DNA from: the human T2T-CHM13v2.0 reference genome, Homo sapiens
Assembly: GCF_009914755.1 (NCBI RefSeq)
Contig: NC_060948.1
Length of the DNA stretch: 64,000 nucleotides
Strand: one strand, 5' to 3'
Under the pieces are notes generated by a model that saw only the letters and a list, made by a program, of their open reading frames with translations, made no database searches and was not told where the DNA came from. Below are positions 1-13,700 of this stretch, in pieces; position 1 is the first letter of the stretch; every line of letters starts with the position of its first letter. Made by a program: the position numbers and the translations under genes.

Positions 1-2498
1 GCTCAGGTCTCTTGATTCATTTTCTAGAGCTTTTCCTACTCCACAAACTCCTTTTATTATGAATTCTGTATTCCAAATATTACTATAAATGAAGAATTCA
101 ATGTAGGATTTTTTTTTTCATCACTAAGGCAAGTGTTAGTTAACAAATACAGTCAAGGAGAAAATGAAATATTTGAAATTAGCTGAAGTTATACTAAAGG
201 CACAAAGAAAAATTCTCAGACATTATTAGGTACTCAGTAAAAGAGAGAAATTCAGCATCATAGAGCTGTAAACGCCTTGATAAATGTGAGGTCAATCAAT
301 AAAATAATGACAGTGAACTCGTGTGGCTCATAGCATAGCACAGAAGATAAATCTGAAAGAGAAACAGCAAAATGTTGTGAACAATAGCAGCATCGTTGAA
401 ATAAATAGTCCCCATTTATACTAGTCTGTAGTTAGAGTTCTAATGAATTAATAATTTTTATTGATTTCAGTTTCTAAAAGAAATTTCTATTCTTGTCATC
501 TTTATCTGCCTTGGAATCTGATAAAATCTAAGTTGACTACTTCTCATTAAAAGAAATTGTTGAAGCAGAATCTCTGTTATTAAAAGTAATGCAAAACCAA
601 AACAAAACTCTTTTATACATCTGAAGGTTACAAATAAAACATACATTTATCAGTTTTATTACAAAGATATATTATTAAAGCATGAATGGTTTTAACATGA
701 ATTGTTTCTTCATTTATTCACGGTAGTTTATACTGCCATTGTAAATTTTAGAGTTTCCCTGCATTTTTTTTGCAAATATCATAGGAGCTATTATAGATAT
801 TTCATGTTCTATATCTGACTTACAGTTACCCAGTTTTGATCATGACCAAGCAATAGGATCCTAAGGGTCCATTTGAAAGGATTTGGAGGAAATATAGCTT
901 CATGTTGCAATATAGTTTTGCACATTTGTGACTGATCACTGCAATCAGAGAACCGTGCTATCTCATGTTAAGACTGTATAAATATATACTGTTTCACATA
1001 TTTTCATATAATCATTGCAAATTCTAAAAAAAAAAACACTTTAAATGATGTTTTAAATACTCCTGAGAGTTGTTACTTGTACAGCCTCGTACTTCAGCTG
1101 AACAAGTCATGTATATATAGAATGAATAGATCACCAGAAGCTCCTTCTGTGTCAATGCTCCTGGTAAATGTTTCTACTTGTATTCCCCAGAGGGAATCCT
1201 AGGAGATAATTTGGAGAGCAAAGCAAAAGTTATAACATTTGTTTTTCTCTATTTCTTTGATGCACTAAGAATTCATTTACTTTCTCCACAGACTGGTCTT
1301 CCTTTGCCAGCAAAGAAACTGCAAGTTATATTACTTTATAAAAAGGAAACATTAACCACATTAAAATGTTTCATGTCTCTAAAAATTGTGGTATGTAATT
1401 ACCTAAAACTGAGTTCTTTGAAGAAGGAAAGAAATAATACCAAATTTAGCTCTAATATGCCTGGCTATATGTCATATAAATTCTATTAAGTTAACTATAT
1501 ATCCCCAGTTTTAAAACTATTAAGTGATTCACTCTTCGAAATATTTCCCCTATATTTACAACATAATTTAGAGTAGAATCGCCTTGTAATAATAAAATTA
1601 AAAACCCATATACTCACCTCTTGGTAAACAGCAAATGCAGCAAGAATACAATAGTATGTATGAAAGCAGAGAACACATTTGCTTGTAATGTGGGTGGGAC
1701 TGCCTCTTATAAGTAAGGTAATCATATTTGTTTATTTTCTTATCACTTTGTTATTGCTTCCATAATCACCGTGTAAGAAAGTGTAACAGCTTAAATCCTA
1801 TATCTTTCAACCTCATTGGGTAAATATAGTCAAACTTTTAAAGAATGTGGCACAGAGTATCATACTAGGGAATTGCTGTAATCGTTGGAGTAGGGTCTTT
1901 GGCCATGTCAGTTCCCATAGTTATTTACTTAAAGTGAAATCATCTTTACACAGCAATTGCTATTTTCCAGAGATGGGCCACGTTAAATTGTCCACTCTAG
2001 GTGATTTAGGGACCATAATGAAGATTGGCATCATGAAAGGCAACAGGAAATGCACCCCTTTGAAGAGAATGTGGCTCCTGTGCAACAGTGAAAATGCAAT
2101 AAGTACTGAATGCCAAGAGCAGGTGGCTGAGGATGGAGCAAAGTTCAAAAATTCACGTCTATTCTCAATAGCGAGTGGAATGGCCTTTTTTATTTTTTCT
2201 GAATGAATCACCCAAGGCCTCACTTTTTTTAAAAAAAAAAAAGCCTGATAACTTATATTGCTCAAAAGAGAAAATGTAAGAATGTAAGTCATTAATTTAA
2301 ATTCCTGATTTCTCCTTGCTTCATTATAATAAAGCAGATGAATGTGGTCACTACAATTGATGATCAGGAAGAATTTGAAAATAATGCATGTTGATGTCCT
2401 AATATTGTCTTTCTCACTAACTCTTATGATTGAGAATATATTTCTTTATTTCATTTAACTAATTTGGAAAAACGAAATCTAGTCTTTCTTTTACCTTG

Positions 2499-2857
2499 TG
2501 CTATGGTCAGAATGTTTGTTCCTACCAAAATTCATGTTAAAATCCTCACCCCTAAGGTGATAGTATTAGGAAGTGGGGCCTTTGGGAGGTGATTAGGTCA
2601 TAGGAGTGGAGTCCTCATGCATAGGATTAGTGCCCATATAAAGGAAGCCTGAGAGAGTCCCCTCACCTCTTCCACCAAGTCAGGACACAGCAAAGAGCCT
2701 TCTATGAACAGAAAGCAGGCCATTCCTAGACAATGAATCTGTCAGAACTTTGATATTGGACTTCCCAGACTCAAGAACTGTGAGAAATAAATCTCTGTTG
2801 TTTATAAGATATCTAGTTTATGGTATTTTGTTATAGGAGGCTAAGCAAATTAAGATA
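2499..2857 (+). mobile_element. MaLR solo LTR (MLT1A/MST type)
   Basis: Starts tgctatgg; contains typical ggggcctttgggaggtgattaggtcat and agaactgtgagaaataaatctctgttgtttataag; near-TSD ccttg/ccctg. Confidence 0.8.
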
Positions 2858-3009
2858 CCCTGTATTACTTGTATCGATCTCATTAAGTATAAATCTATTT
2901 TAATTTATTATGTATCTTTTCAGTGTTATGTCTTTTTTTTATACCTAAGAGAATTGAATATATTGAAAGTTAATTTTTTAGGATATATTTTACTTTATGT
3001 TTTACCTGC

Positions 3010-3480
3010 AGATAAAATTTTGGTCAATGAATGTAGGAATAAAGCAAAACACATGCAGGATGGAGGAAGGAAGAAATTTTGGGCATATTTAGGATGTAGA
3101 ATGGACAATAATTGGTGACGTCTATGGGGCCAAAGCCAAGGACCCACAAGAAATGAAAAACAGAAAGTGCAGAAGACTGAGGGAAGGGCAATATGGACTT
3201 TGGTTTCGGAAATGTTGATTTTGAAATGTCTATAAGCAAACAGTTGTAGATCTGGAATGGATTCCATAGCTAAAAAAATTATAGGTCTAAATCTCAGAAG
3301 AGACATCTAACTGCACTGAAGGTAAATAATCATTAGATACAGATGGTCATTGATGTCATGGAGTAAAGATTCTAGAGACTCTTTTTTACACATTTATCCA
3401 TTTCATCAACAAATAATCTTGAGTGCCTATGATGTGCCACACACATAATGGTGAAAAGAGAATAAAACTCCTGTTACTGA
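3010..3480 (-). mobile_element. Degraded L2 LINE fragments
   Basis: L2-like phrases (atgttgattttgaaatgtct; catcaacaaataatcttgagtgcctatgatgtgcca); boundaries approximate. Confidence 0.5.
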
Positions 3481-5266
3481 AAACACAAAGATGTTGAATC
3501 TGTGCATTCATCTAATGTAGAATCTACATTTTTGGCTATTGTCAGATCCTTTTAGGTCCTAAATTGATACTTTTTAGACTTTTTTGAAAAATGTTATAAT
3601 ATTTCTGGTAAGTTTTTTGATTTTTTTTTTTTTTTTGCTTAGGTAGACTTTGTGCTAGCCTAGAAACTTGATTATTACATATTTCTTTGCCCATAATAAC
3701 CCAGTTTTTACTGTGACTTAAATTACTTTATTTCTCCTAGTGCTAAAGTTACCAATGACACAACCTGGGTAGTCACAGACAAGAAAAACTCCTCTACCTA
3801 TCATGCTCACAGATAGAGACAAAAATATGATCTTGGACAAACAATAATATTTTATTCCACCTCTGTTAGTTTCTTTTATTTTCTTTTAGCATCTAGAATT
3901 TGAGATCTGTAGGTTCTCATATTTATTTATTATAAATTCTTCTCATAAGGAACTTGCTTATAGGAAGTTGCTATTTCAGGCTATATAATCTCAATAAGGC
4001 AAGGACATTTATGGTTTCATCAATTCTCACTAATCTGCAGTCCTTCAGCCTTACAATCTGATTCTTGTGAAAAGCTGTCATCAGAAGGCAGTATCTATAG
4101 TGTACATTTTCCCTGTAAATTAATTGTGACACATTGAGTGGCGGTTCCTCATGCCTGGAGGCGTGGCTATTTTTTCATCTAATTTCATTTATGTTTTTTT
4201 TTGTGCCAAACTGCCTTTTGTTAGAAAAAATATATATATTCAACTTGATTAATTTGGGGGAGGATAAACATGCATTATTTTGTGTATGAGTTATCTTCAT
4301 ATTTTGGAGTGTGCAGAAGTGATTGGCTATTTTTGATGACCACTAATACAGTAAAATTTGGTATCTCATTATTTAAACTTATTGATCAGAAGGAAAGAAA
4401 AAGCACTGTGAGAACTGACTGTAATGAAAAGTCTATAAGGTACTACCTTAGCTTAAAACATCTAAATAGATTTCTCACAACAATTAAGGGTAAATATGTC
4501 CCTTGGTACATGCACACAATGAACAGCTTGGATTGTTGTATTTAATTTCTTACACAGTATGATAAAAGCAAACTAGTGGAATTTAAACTTTAGTTTAAAG
4601 CAAAGTTCATGTCTCTATGATAAAATTCAGTGAATCAAAAGCCAGTTTTTTCAGCCGACCTAATATCTCATTTATTTTATGACACAATAGATTTGATTGG
4701 CTCTGCCATTTGAGATATACAGGGCTAGAAATAAACTAAAGTATGTGTAATTCAGCAGCTGCAAGCATGTGATATCTAACTATCTCTTCATCATTGCATT
4801 TTAGGTTTTGTACATGGTAACTAGATCTTACTATAGCAAGCAAACACCACTATTACCTAAGAGCATCATATAAGATAGAATACTATAGGTAGTTTATTCC
4901 ACTGTGGGTAGAAGCATTTGATGCTTCTGTTAACTTTATAAATGTCCCTTAAAACACAATATTGACCCATGAAAATAATAGTAATTTTAGTCCTCCTCAG
5001 TGCCTTGTACCAAATACTTATTTAATATGCCTTTTCAAATGAGTTGTCTGTAACAGCAAACAAATCTATGTGACTAAGCATAAATTAATCTCTCCATCAA
5101 GTTTTACTGTTAGCATCCTTATTTTCTCACTCTTTAGGCAACTATTTTTAAAATAAATTATCTGAATATAAAAGATCTGAAGTGTAAGTTTTACAAAGCT
5201 TAAGATACAACATTTCAAAACTATTAATTCCTATTGTTTCCTTATTTTAGAAGTACTTGTAGGGTA

Positions 5267-5369
5267 TTTTATACTTTATACTTTGTATAAGTGCTTTATA
5301 CTTTATACATTGTATACAGTGCTTTATACTTTATACTTTGTATACAGTGCTTTATACTTTGTAAAAGTG
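5267..5369. repeat. Minisatellite, ~28-bp unit ctttatactttatactttgtatacagtg, about 3.7 copies
   Basis: Repeat read directly in the sequence. Confidence 0.9.
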
Positions 5370-6730
5370 AAATACAGCTTTATTTCTTGCTTTTCTGATG
5401 TTACTGTTCCCTTACATTTAAAAATCATTTTAGGGTGATAGCATCATTCGCATTTCTACAGCGTTTGAAACACGAACATTTTAATGCGCAAAATATTTTG
5501 AATTTATGATGTATATTGCACAGGAGATAAATAAATAGAACATTATTTTCTCGAAATTGGTCCTATCTAAATTTGATATGCATAACTCAAATGATCAATT
5601 ATAATATGTGGGGATTCTTTAAAACATTGCAGGGAAAATATTGGAGATCAGCCAACTCAAAACAATGTTTTAGATCTCTAGAGTAGAAATGCATTTCTTC
5701 CCTTCATTTGTAAGTTTTCTAGATATCATCAAAAAGTGCTCATTTAGCTTTTTTGTTAAAGTTGTCTTTTACTACATCATACATATTTAAAAAGACATTG
5801 CATACAAGTAAATCTACTTAGTGTCTATATGCTCCAGGCACTATTCTGGGCACTGCAGGTCTTCATTAGCTCACTAAGGGGTCATTCATTTTAAAACCAA
5901 GAAAAAAAATCAGTAAAAAGTAAATATTTTGCTGTTTGGCTCCCAGATTTCCAAAACTGCTGGAAAATATATTTCTTAAAATGGCCTGTGTTGGGCCACT
6001 ACAAATTCATACTTCTAACTGTATCAGGGCTCTTGGCACCTCTGGGCAGTATTTTTTTTAATTAAATCTCTTATTATTTCTTAACACATTATCCGAAGAA
6101 GCTGATTTATTTATTTATTTTATTCATTTGAAACTCTTAGTCCCATGCTACGTCACTCACAATTTGCCAGGTATTATCTCAATTACTGTTTATTTAGGAG
6201 ATTAAGATAATTAAACCAGTTTTTTTCACCTTCTCGTCTATACTTTTCAGAATATTTCTGAATCTTTCCTTTCACTGTCTTTATTTTGGTTACTGTCTTT
6301 GAGAAAGAAGTATATCTCTCCTTTCAATTCCCCCTGTTTGCATCTTTAAGTTATTTCTCTATTTGGTCTTCCTATATCTCTCCACATGATCAGGTCTTTA
6401 TTATTTTAAAAGACAAATAATTCTAAACATCCTAAACCCTACTTTTGCTTCAGACATTTGCTGAAACTCTTCACTTCCTTTTCCCTCCAAACAATTTAAA
6501 AGATAATTTTATAACTGCTGTCATAACACATCAGCTCTTTAACTTCTTGCAACTAAGAATTATCTTTTCCAATTTTATAACCTTAAAGAAAACCAATGAT
6601 GACCAAACTCAGGTGACATTTCTCAGTCCATAGCTTTTTGAAAATCCCTGATTCATTAGATTTTTTTTACTATCCCCGTTTTACAAATGCTCTCTTCTCT
6701 CTGATAACTTGTAATATGCCACTGTTAGCT

Positions 6731-9252
6731 TTTAAAAGATTTGTTGTGAAATACAGATAACATAAAACTTACCATTGTAGTAGTTTTTAAGTATACAGTT
6801 CAATGGCATTAAGTACATCACATTGTTTTGCAGCCATCACCATCATCCATCTCCAGAGCTGTTTTCATGTTACAAAAGTGAAACTCTTTACCCATGAAAC
6901 AGTGATGCCCCATTCCTCCTGGTACCCAAGCCACTGGCAAGCACCATTTTACTTTACGTTTGTATTAATTTGGCTATTCTTGTTACCGTGTATAAGTGGA
7001 CCCATGTACTATTTGTCTTTTTTTGGGTTATTTAACTTAGCATAATATTCTCAAGGTACACCCACATTGTAGCATCTGTCAAAAATACCTTCTGTTTTAA
7101 AGTGTATACCACATTTCATTTATCCACTTATCTGTCACTGGATATTTGGGTGGCTTTTACCTTTTGTCTACTCTGAAAATTTCTGCTATGAACAAGGGAG
7201 TACACTTGAATCTTAGAGACCCTGCTTCTGTGTGTTCATATCTAGACATAGAATTTCTGGATCATATGGTAATTCTACATTAAATTATGTGAGAAATCGC
7301 TACACTGTTTTCTATTGAGGCTGTACCATTTTATATTTCTACCAACAGTTTACAGGATTTCACTTTCTTCACATCCTCATCAACATTTGTTATTTTATGT
7401 TTTGATAGTAGCCATTCTAATGGGTGTGAAGTGATATCTCAATATAGTTTTGTTTTTCCCTAATTATTAGTTATGCTGAGTATCTTTTCGTGTGCATACT
7501 GGTCATATGTTCATCTTCCTTGGAAAATGGCTATTCAAGTCCTTTGCCCATTTTTTAAAGGAGTTATTTATTTACTTATTTATTATTTTTGATGTTGAGT
7601 TGTATGAGTTCTTTAGATGTTTTGGATATTAACCATATACCAGATGTAGGGTTTGAAAATATTTTTTCCACCCTGTAGGTTGCATTTTCATTCTGATGAT
7701 TGTGTTTTTTGACTCATGAAAGTTTTAAATTTTGTGTAGTCAAATGTATCTATTTTTTCTTTTATTTCTATATTTTTGTCGTTATTTCTAAGAACTCATT
7801 GCCAAACCCAATGTCATGAAGTTTTTTCTCTCTGTTTTCTTCTAATAATTTTATAGTTTTAGGTCCTACATTTATGTTATTGCATTTTGAGTTTTTCTGT
7901 ATGTGTTGTAAGGAAAGGGTCCACCTTCATTCATTTGCATGTGAGTATCAAGGTTTCCAATATCATTGGTTGAAAAGACTGTTCTTTTCTGATTAAATGG
8001 TTTTGGCATTCTTGATAAAAATCATTTGAGCCTTTGTTTTTAGGTTCCCTATCATGTGAACCTTTAATTTTAGGTTCTCTAATCTATTTTTTTTTGTCTA
8101 TTTATCTGTCTTTATTCTAGTACCATACCATTTTGATTATTGTAGATTTGTAGTAAGTTTACAAGTAACTTAAATGTGAGACTTTTTACTTTATTCTTCT
8201 TTTCAAGATTGTTTTCACTATTGCAGTTCTCTTGAAATTCCATATGTTTTTTGGATGGATTTTTCCATTTCTCTAAAAAACACCTTTTAGATTTTGATAG
8301 ATATTACACTAAATATGTAGATCTCTTTGGAAAGTGTTGAACCATGCACAATATTAAGTATTCTAATCCATGAACATAGAATAGCTTTCTACTTATTTGT
8401 GTCTTCTTTCATCTGTTTCAGCAAAATTTTGGAGTTTTCAGTGAATACCTTTCCCCTCTTTGGTTAGGTTTATACATACATATATTCTTGTTTTGATACT
8501 ATTGTAAACAGAAATGTTTTCCTAATTTTATTTTCATATTGTTCATTGTTAGTGTTTAGAAACCTAACTGATTTTTAGGTTCTGATTTTGTATCCTGCAA
8601 CTCTGCTGATCTTACTTATTAGTTCTAACAGGTTTTTTTTTTGAATAATCTTTAGGATTTTATACATCTAATATCATGCCATCTAAAAACAGAGATAAAC
8701 TTACTTCTTCTTTTCCAATTTAGATGACTTTCACTCTTTTTTCTTGCCTCATTGCTCTGGCTAGTACTTCCAGTAGTATATTGAATACAAGTGGTGGAAG
8801 CAGTTATCCTTATCTTATTCTTGATCTCAGAGGGAAATCTTACAGACAGTCACCATTGAATATGATATTAGCTGCAGGCTTTTCATATATGATATAATGT
8901 TAAAATAGTTTCCTTGTATTTGTACTTGGTTTAATGTGTTTTTTTTTAAATCATAAAAGAGCATTGAAATTCATCAAATGTTTTTCTTCATCCATTGATA
9001 TGATGAGGTATGTTTTTCCCTTCATTCTGTTAGGTGGTATAGTACAGTCATTGATTTTTGTATGTTAAACTGTCTTTGCATTTTCTTCTCAGAATAATTA
9101 CTACTCAGTCTCGGTGTGTAACCTTTTTAATATATTGTTGAATTCTGTTTTAAAGTATTTTGTTGTGGATTTTCATTAGAGATATTGGTGTGTAGTTTTC
9201 TTATAGTGTCTTAGTCTAGCTTTGGAATCATGGTAATGCTTTCCTCATATAA
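6731..9252 (-). mobile_element. Old L1 (L1MB/L1MA type), 3' end and ORF2 region, antisense
   Basis: L1M 3'-end signature (aagtatacagttcaatggcattaagtacat) followed by degenerate antisense ORF2; interrupted by Tigger3 at 9253. Confidence 0.85.
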
Positions 9253-9847
9253 TAGTCATGTGCTACTTAACAATGGCAATATGTTCTGAGAAATGCCTTG
9301 TTAGGGGATTTTGTCACTGTGCAAACATCATAGAGTGTACTTACATGAACTTACACTCTATAGCCTATTACATACTTAGGCTATATGGCATAGCCTATTG
9401 TTCCTAGGCTACAAACCTGTACAGCATGTTACTGTACTGAATACTGTAGGCAATGGTAACACAAAGGTAAGTATTTGTGTATCTAAACATAGAAAAGGTA
9501 GAGTAAAAATAGTACAAAAAATAGAAAATGCTACATTTGTATAGGGCACTAAACATGAGTAGAGTTTGCAGGACTGGAAGTTGCTCTGGGTGAGTCAATG
9601 AATAAATGGTGAGTGAATGTGAAGTCCTAGGCCATTACTTTACACTACTGTGTACTTTATAAACATGTACCAGGCTAACACTAAATTTATGAAAGAATAT
9701 TTTTATTTCTTCAGTAATAAATGAACCTTAGCTTTCTATGACTCTTTTACCTCGTAAACTTTTATTTTTTTCTAACTTTTGACTCTGTTGTAATAGCACT
9801 TAGCTTAAGACAAAAACACATTTTATAGCTCAAATCGTTTTCTCTTT

Positions 9848-10000
9848 GCTGGGCACAGTGGTGGGCACCTGTAATTCCAGCTACTTGAGAGGCTGAGACG
9901 GGGATTCCTTGACTCCAGGCTGTAGTGCACTAAAAAGACTGCAAGATTGCACCTGTGAATAGACACTCCACTCCAGCCTGGGAAACATAAGAAGACCCTT

Positions 10001-10044
<44 letters not shown>
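9848..10044 (+). mobile_element. FAM (fossil Alu monomer) with A40 tail
   Basis: Single monomer with 7SL-like gctgtagtgcact...cctgtgaatagacact; pure A run 10005-10044. Confidence 0.8.
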
Positions 10045-10049
<5 letters not shown>

Positions 10050-10491
10050 TTCTTTATATTCTTATGTTATGAGCTTTTTCTATTTTTTTCTATATTTTAA
10101 ACTTTTTAAATCTTTCTGTTAATAACTAATGCACAAACATTAGCATAGGCTTGCATAGGGTCAAAATAATCAATATCACTCTTTTCACCTCCACATCTTG
10201 TCCTTGTCCTACTGGGAGGTTTTCAGGGACAGTAACATGCACAGAGCTGTCTTCTCCTATGATAACAATGTCTTCTTTTGAAATACCTCCTGAAAGATCT
10301 GCTTGAGGCTGTTTTGTAGTTAACTTTTCTTTTTTCAATAAGTAGAAGGAATATACTCTAAAATAACAATTAAAGGTATAGTATAGAAAATATATAAACC
10401 AATAACATCGTTATTTATTATCATTATCAAGTATTATGTACTGTACATAATTGTATGTGTTATACTTTTATACCACTGGCAGTGCAGTAGG

Positions 10492-10648
10492 TTTTTGTTG
10501 TTGTTGTTGTTGTATTGTTTTTTTAAAAAGTAAAGACAGGGTCACACCATGTTGCCCTGGCTGGTCTGGAACTCCTGGACTCAAGCAATCATCCTTTCTC
10601 AGCCTTCCAAAGTGCTGGGATTACAGGTGTGAACCACCACACCTGGCC
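10492..10648 (-). mobile_element. FLAM / Alu left monomer with (TTG)n-derived tail
   Basis: Antisense left-arm sequence only (ctcctggactcaagcaatc...ccaaagtgctgggattacagg...ggcc). Confidence 0.8.
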
Positions 10649-10738
10649 AGTACGTTTGTTTATACCAGGATTGCCACAAACACATGAGTAATGCATTGTG
10701 CTATGATGTTACAATGGCTATATCATTAGGTTTTAGCT

Positions 10739-13700
10739 CTTATTATTTTGAGATATGTTCAATCAATACCTAGTTTATTAAGAGTTTTTAGCATGAAAGG
10801 ATGTTGAATTTTATCAAAGACCTTTCTGCATCTATTGAGATAATCATGTGGTTTTTGTCATTGGTTCTGTTTATGTGATGGATTACATTTATTGATTTGC
10901 ATATGTTGAACCAGCCTTGCATCCCAGGGATGAAGCTGACTTGATCATGGTGGATAAGCTTTTTGATGTGTTGCTGGATTTGGTTTTCCAGTATTTTATT
11001 GAGGATTTTCGCATGGACGTTCATCAGGGTTACTGGCCTGACACTTTCTTTTTTTGTTGTGCCTCTGCCAGGTTTTGGTATCAGGATAATGCTGGTCTCA
11101 TAAAATGAGTTAGGGAGGAGTCCCTCTTTTACTATTGTTTGGAATAATTTCAGAAGGAATGGTAGTGGTTCCTTTTTGTACCTCTGGGAGAATTCGGCTA
11201 TGAATCCATCTGGTCCTGGGATTTTTGTTTTGGTTCATAGGCTATTAATTACTGCCTCAATTTCAGAGCTCGTTGTTGGTCTATTCAGGGATTCAACTTC
11301 TTCCTGGTTTAGTCTTGGGAGGGTGTATGTGGTCCAGTAATTTATCCATTTCTTCTAGATTTTCTAGTTTATTTGCATAGACATGTTTATAGTATTCTCT
11401 GATGGTAGTTTGTATTTCTGTGGGATCAGTGGTGCTATTCTCTTTATCATTTTTTATTATGTCTACCTGATTCTTCTCTCTTTTCTTCCTTACTAGTCTA
11501 GCTAGCAGTCTATCTGTTTTTAAAAAAAAACTTTTCATAAAACCGGTTCCTGGATTCACTGATTTTTTTGAAGGGTTTTTTATGTCTCTATCTCCTTCAG
11601 TTCTGGTCTGATCTTAGTTATTTCTTGTCTTCTACTAGCTTTTGAATTTGTTTGCTCTGGTTCTCTAGTTCTTTTAATTCTGATGTTCAGGTGTTGATTT
11701 CAGATCTTTCCAGCTCTCTGTTGTGGGCATTTAGTGCTATAAATTTCCCTTTTAACACTGCTTTAGCTGTGTCCCGGAGATTCTGGTATGTTGTCTCTTT
11801 GTTCTCATTGGTTTCAAAGAACTTATTTATTTCTGCCTTAATTTTGTTATTTACCCAATAATCATTCAGGAGCAGGTTGTTCAATTTCCATGTAGTGATG
11901 TGGTTTTGAGTGAGTTTCTTAATCCTGATTTCTAATTTGATTGCACTGTGGTCTGAGAGACTGTTTATTATGATTTCCACTCTTTTGCATTTGCTGGGGA
12001 GTTTTTTACTTCCAATTGTGTGGTCAGTTTTAGAATAAGTGCTATGTAGGTGCTGAGAAGAATGTATATTCTGTTGATTTAGGATGGGGAGTTCTGTAGA
12101 TGTCTATTAGGTCTGCTTGGTCCAGAGCCGAGTTCAAGTCCTGAATACTTTGTTAATTTTGTGTCTTGTTGATTTGTCTGATATTGACAGTGGGGTGTTA
12201 AAGTCTCCCACTATTATTGTATCGGAGTCTAAGTCTCTTTCTAAGTCTCTAAGAACTTGCTTTATGAATCTGGTTCTCCTGTATTGGGTGCATTTATATT
12301 TAGGGTAGTTAACTCTTCTTGTTGCATTGATCCCTTTACCATTATGTAATGCCCTTCTTTGTCTTTTCTTGACCTTTGTTGGTTTAAAGTCTGTTTTATC
12401 AGAGTCTAGAATTGCAACCCCTGCTTTTTTTCTTTTTTTTTTCTTTCTTTCCATTTGCTTGGTAAATCTTCTTCCATCTGTTTATTTTGAGCCTCTGGGT
12501 ATCTTTGCATGTGAGATGGGTCTCTTGAATACAGCACACCAATGGGTCTTGACTCTTAATCCAATTTGCCAGTCTGTGTCTTTTAATTGGGGCATTTAAC
12601 CCATTTACATTTAAGGTTAATGCTGTTATGTGTGAATTTGATCCTGTCATTATGATCCTGGCAGGTTATTTTGCACAATAGTTGATGCAGTTTCTCCATA
12701 GTGTCATTGGTCTTTCTATTTTGGTGTGTTTTTGCAGTGGCTGGTACTGGTTTTTCCTTTCAATATTTAGTGCTTCCTTCAGGAGCTCTTGTAAGGCAGG
12801 CCTGGTGGTGACAAAATGCCTCAGCATTTGCCTGTCTGTAAAGGATTTCATTTCTCTTTCACTTTTGAAGCTTAGTTTGGCTGGATATGAAATTCTGCAT
12901 TAAAAATTCTTTTCTTTAAGAATGTTGAATATTGGCCCCCAGCCTCTTCTAGCTTGTAAGGTTTCTGCAGAGATCCACTGTTAGTCTGACGGACTTCCCT
13001 TTGTAGGTAACCTACCTTTCTCTCTGGTTGCTCTTAACATTTTTTCCTTCATTTCAGCCTTGGAGAATCTGATGATTATGTGTCTTGGGGTTGCTTTTCT
13101 CAAGAATTATCTTACTGGTGTTCTCTGTAGTTCCTGAATTTGAATGTTGGCCTGTCTTGCTAGGTTGGTGAAGTTCTCCTGGATAATATCCTGAAGTGTG
13201 TTTCCCAACTTGGTTCCATTTTCCCCATCACTTTCAGGTAAACCAATTAATCATAGGTTTGGTCTTTTCACATAGTCCTGTATTTCTTAGAGGCTTTGTT
13301 TGTTCCTTTTCATTCTTTTTTCTCTAATCTTGTCTTCACACTTTATTTCAGTAAGTTGATCTTTAATCTCAGATATCCGTTCTTCCACTTTATCGCTTGG
13401 CTATTGATACTTGTGTATGGTTCACAAAGTTCTCGTGCTGTGTTTTTCAGCTCCATAACGTCATTTATGTTTCTCTCTAAACTCGTTACTCTAGTTAGCA
13501 GTTCCTGTAACCTTTTATCAAGGCTCTTAGCTTCCTTGCATTGGGTTAAAACACACTCCTTTAACTCAGAGGAGTTTGCTGTTACCTACCTTCCGAAACC
13601 TACTTCTGTCAATTTGTCAGTCTCATTCTCCATCCAGTTTTGTGCCCTTGCTGAAGAGGAGTTGCGATCATTTGGAGGAGAAGAAGCATTCTGGTATTTG

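Larger units (their letters stand above)
9253..10738 (+). mobile_element. Tigger3b (Golem-derived) DNA transposon, right end missing, with two Alu-monomer insertions
   Basis: Left TIR-like start tagtcatgtgctacttaac...gttctgagaaatg and diagnostic ctaggctacaaacctgtacagcatgttactgtactgaatactgtaggcaa. Confidence 0.85.

Noticed and set aside
5267-5369. Short direct repeats (also 16925-16991) as a CRISPR-like array
   Set aside because: Head-to-tail units with no unique spacers, in primate DNA; ordinary minisatellites.
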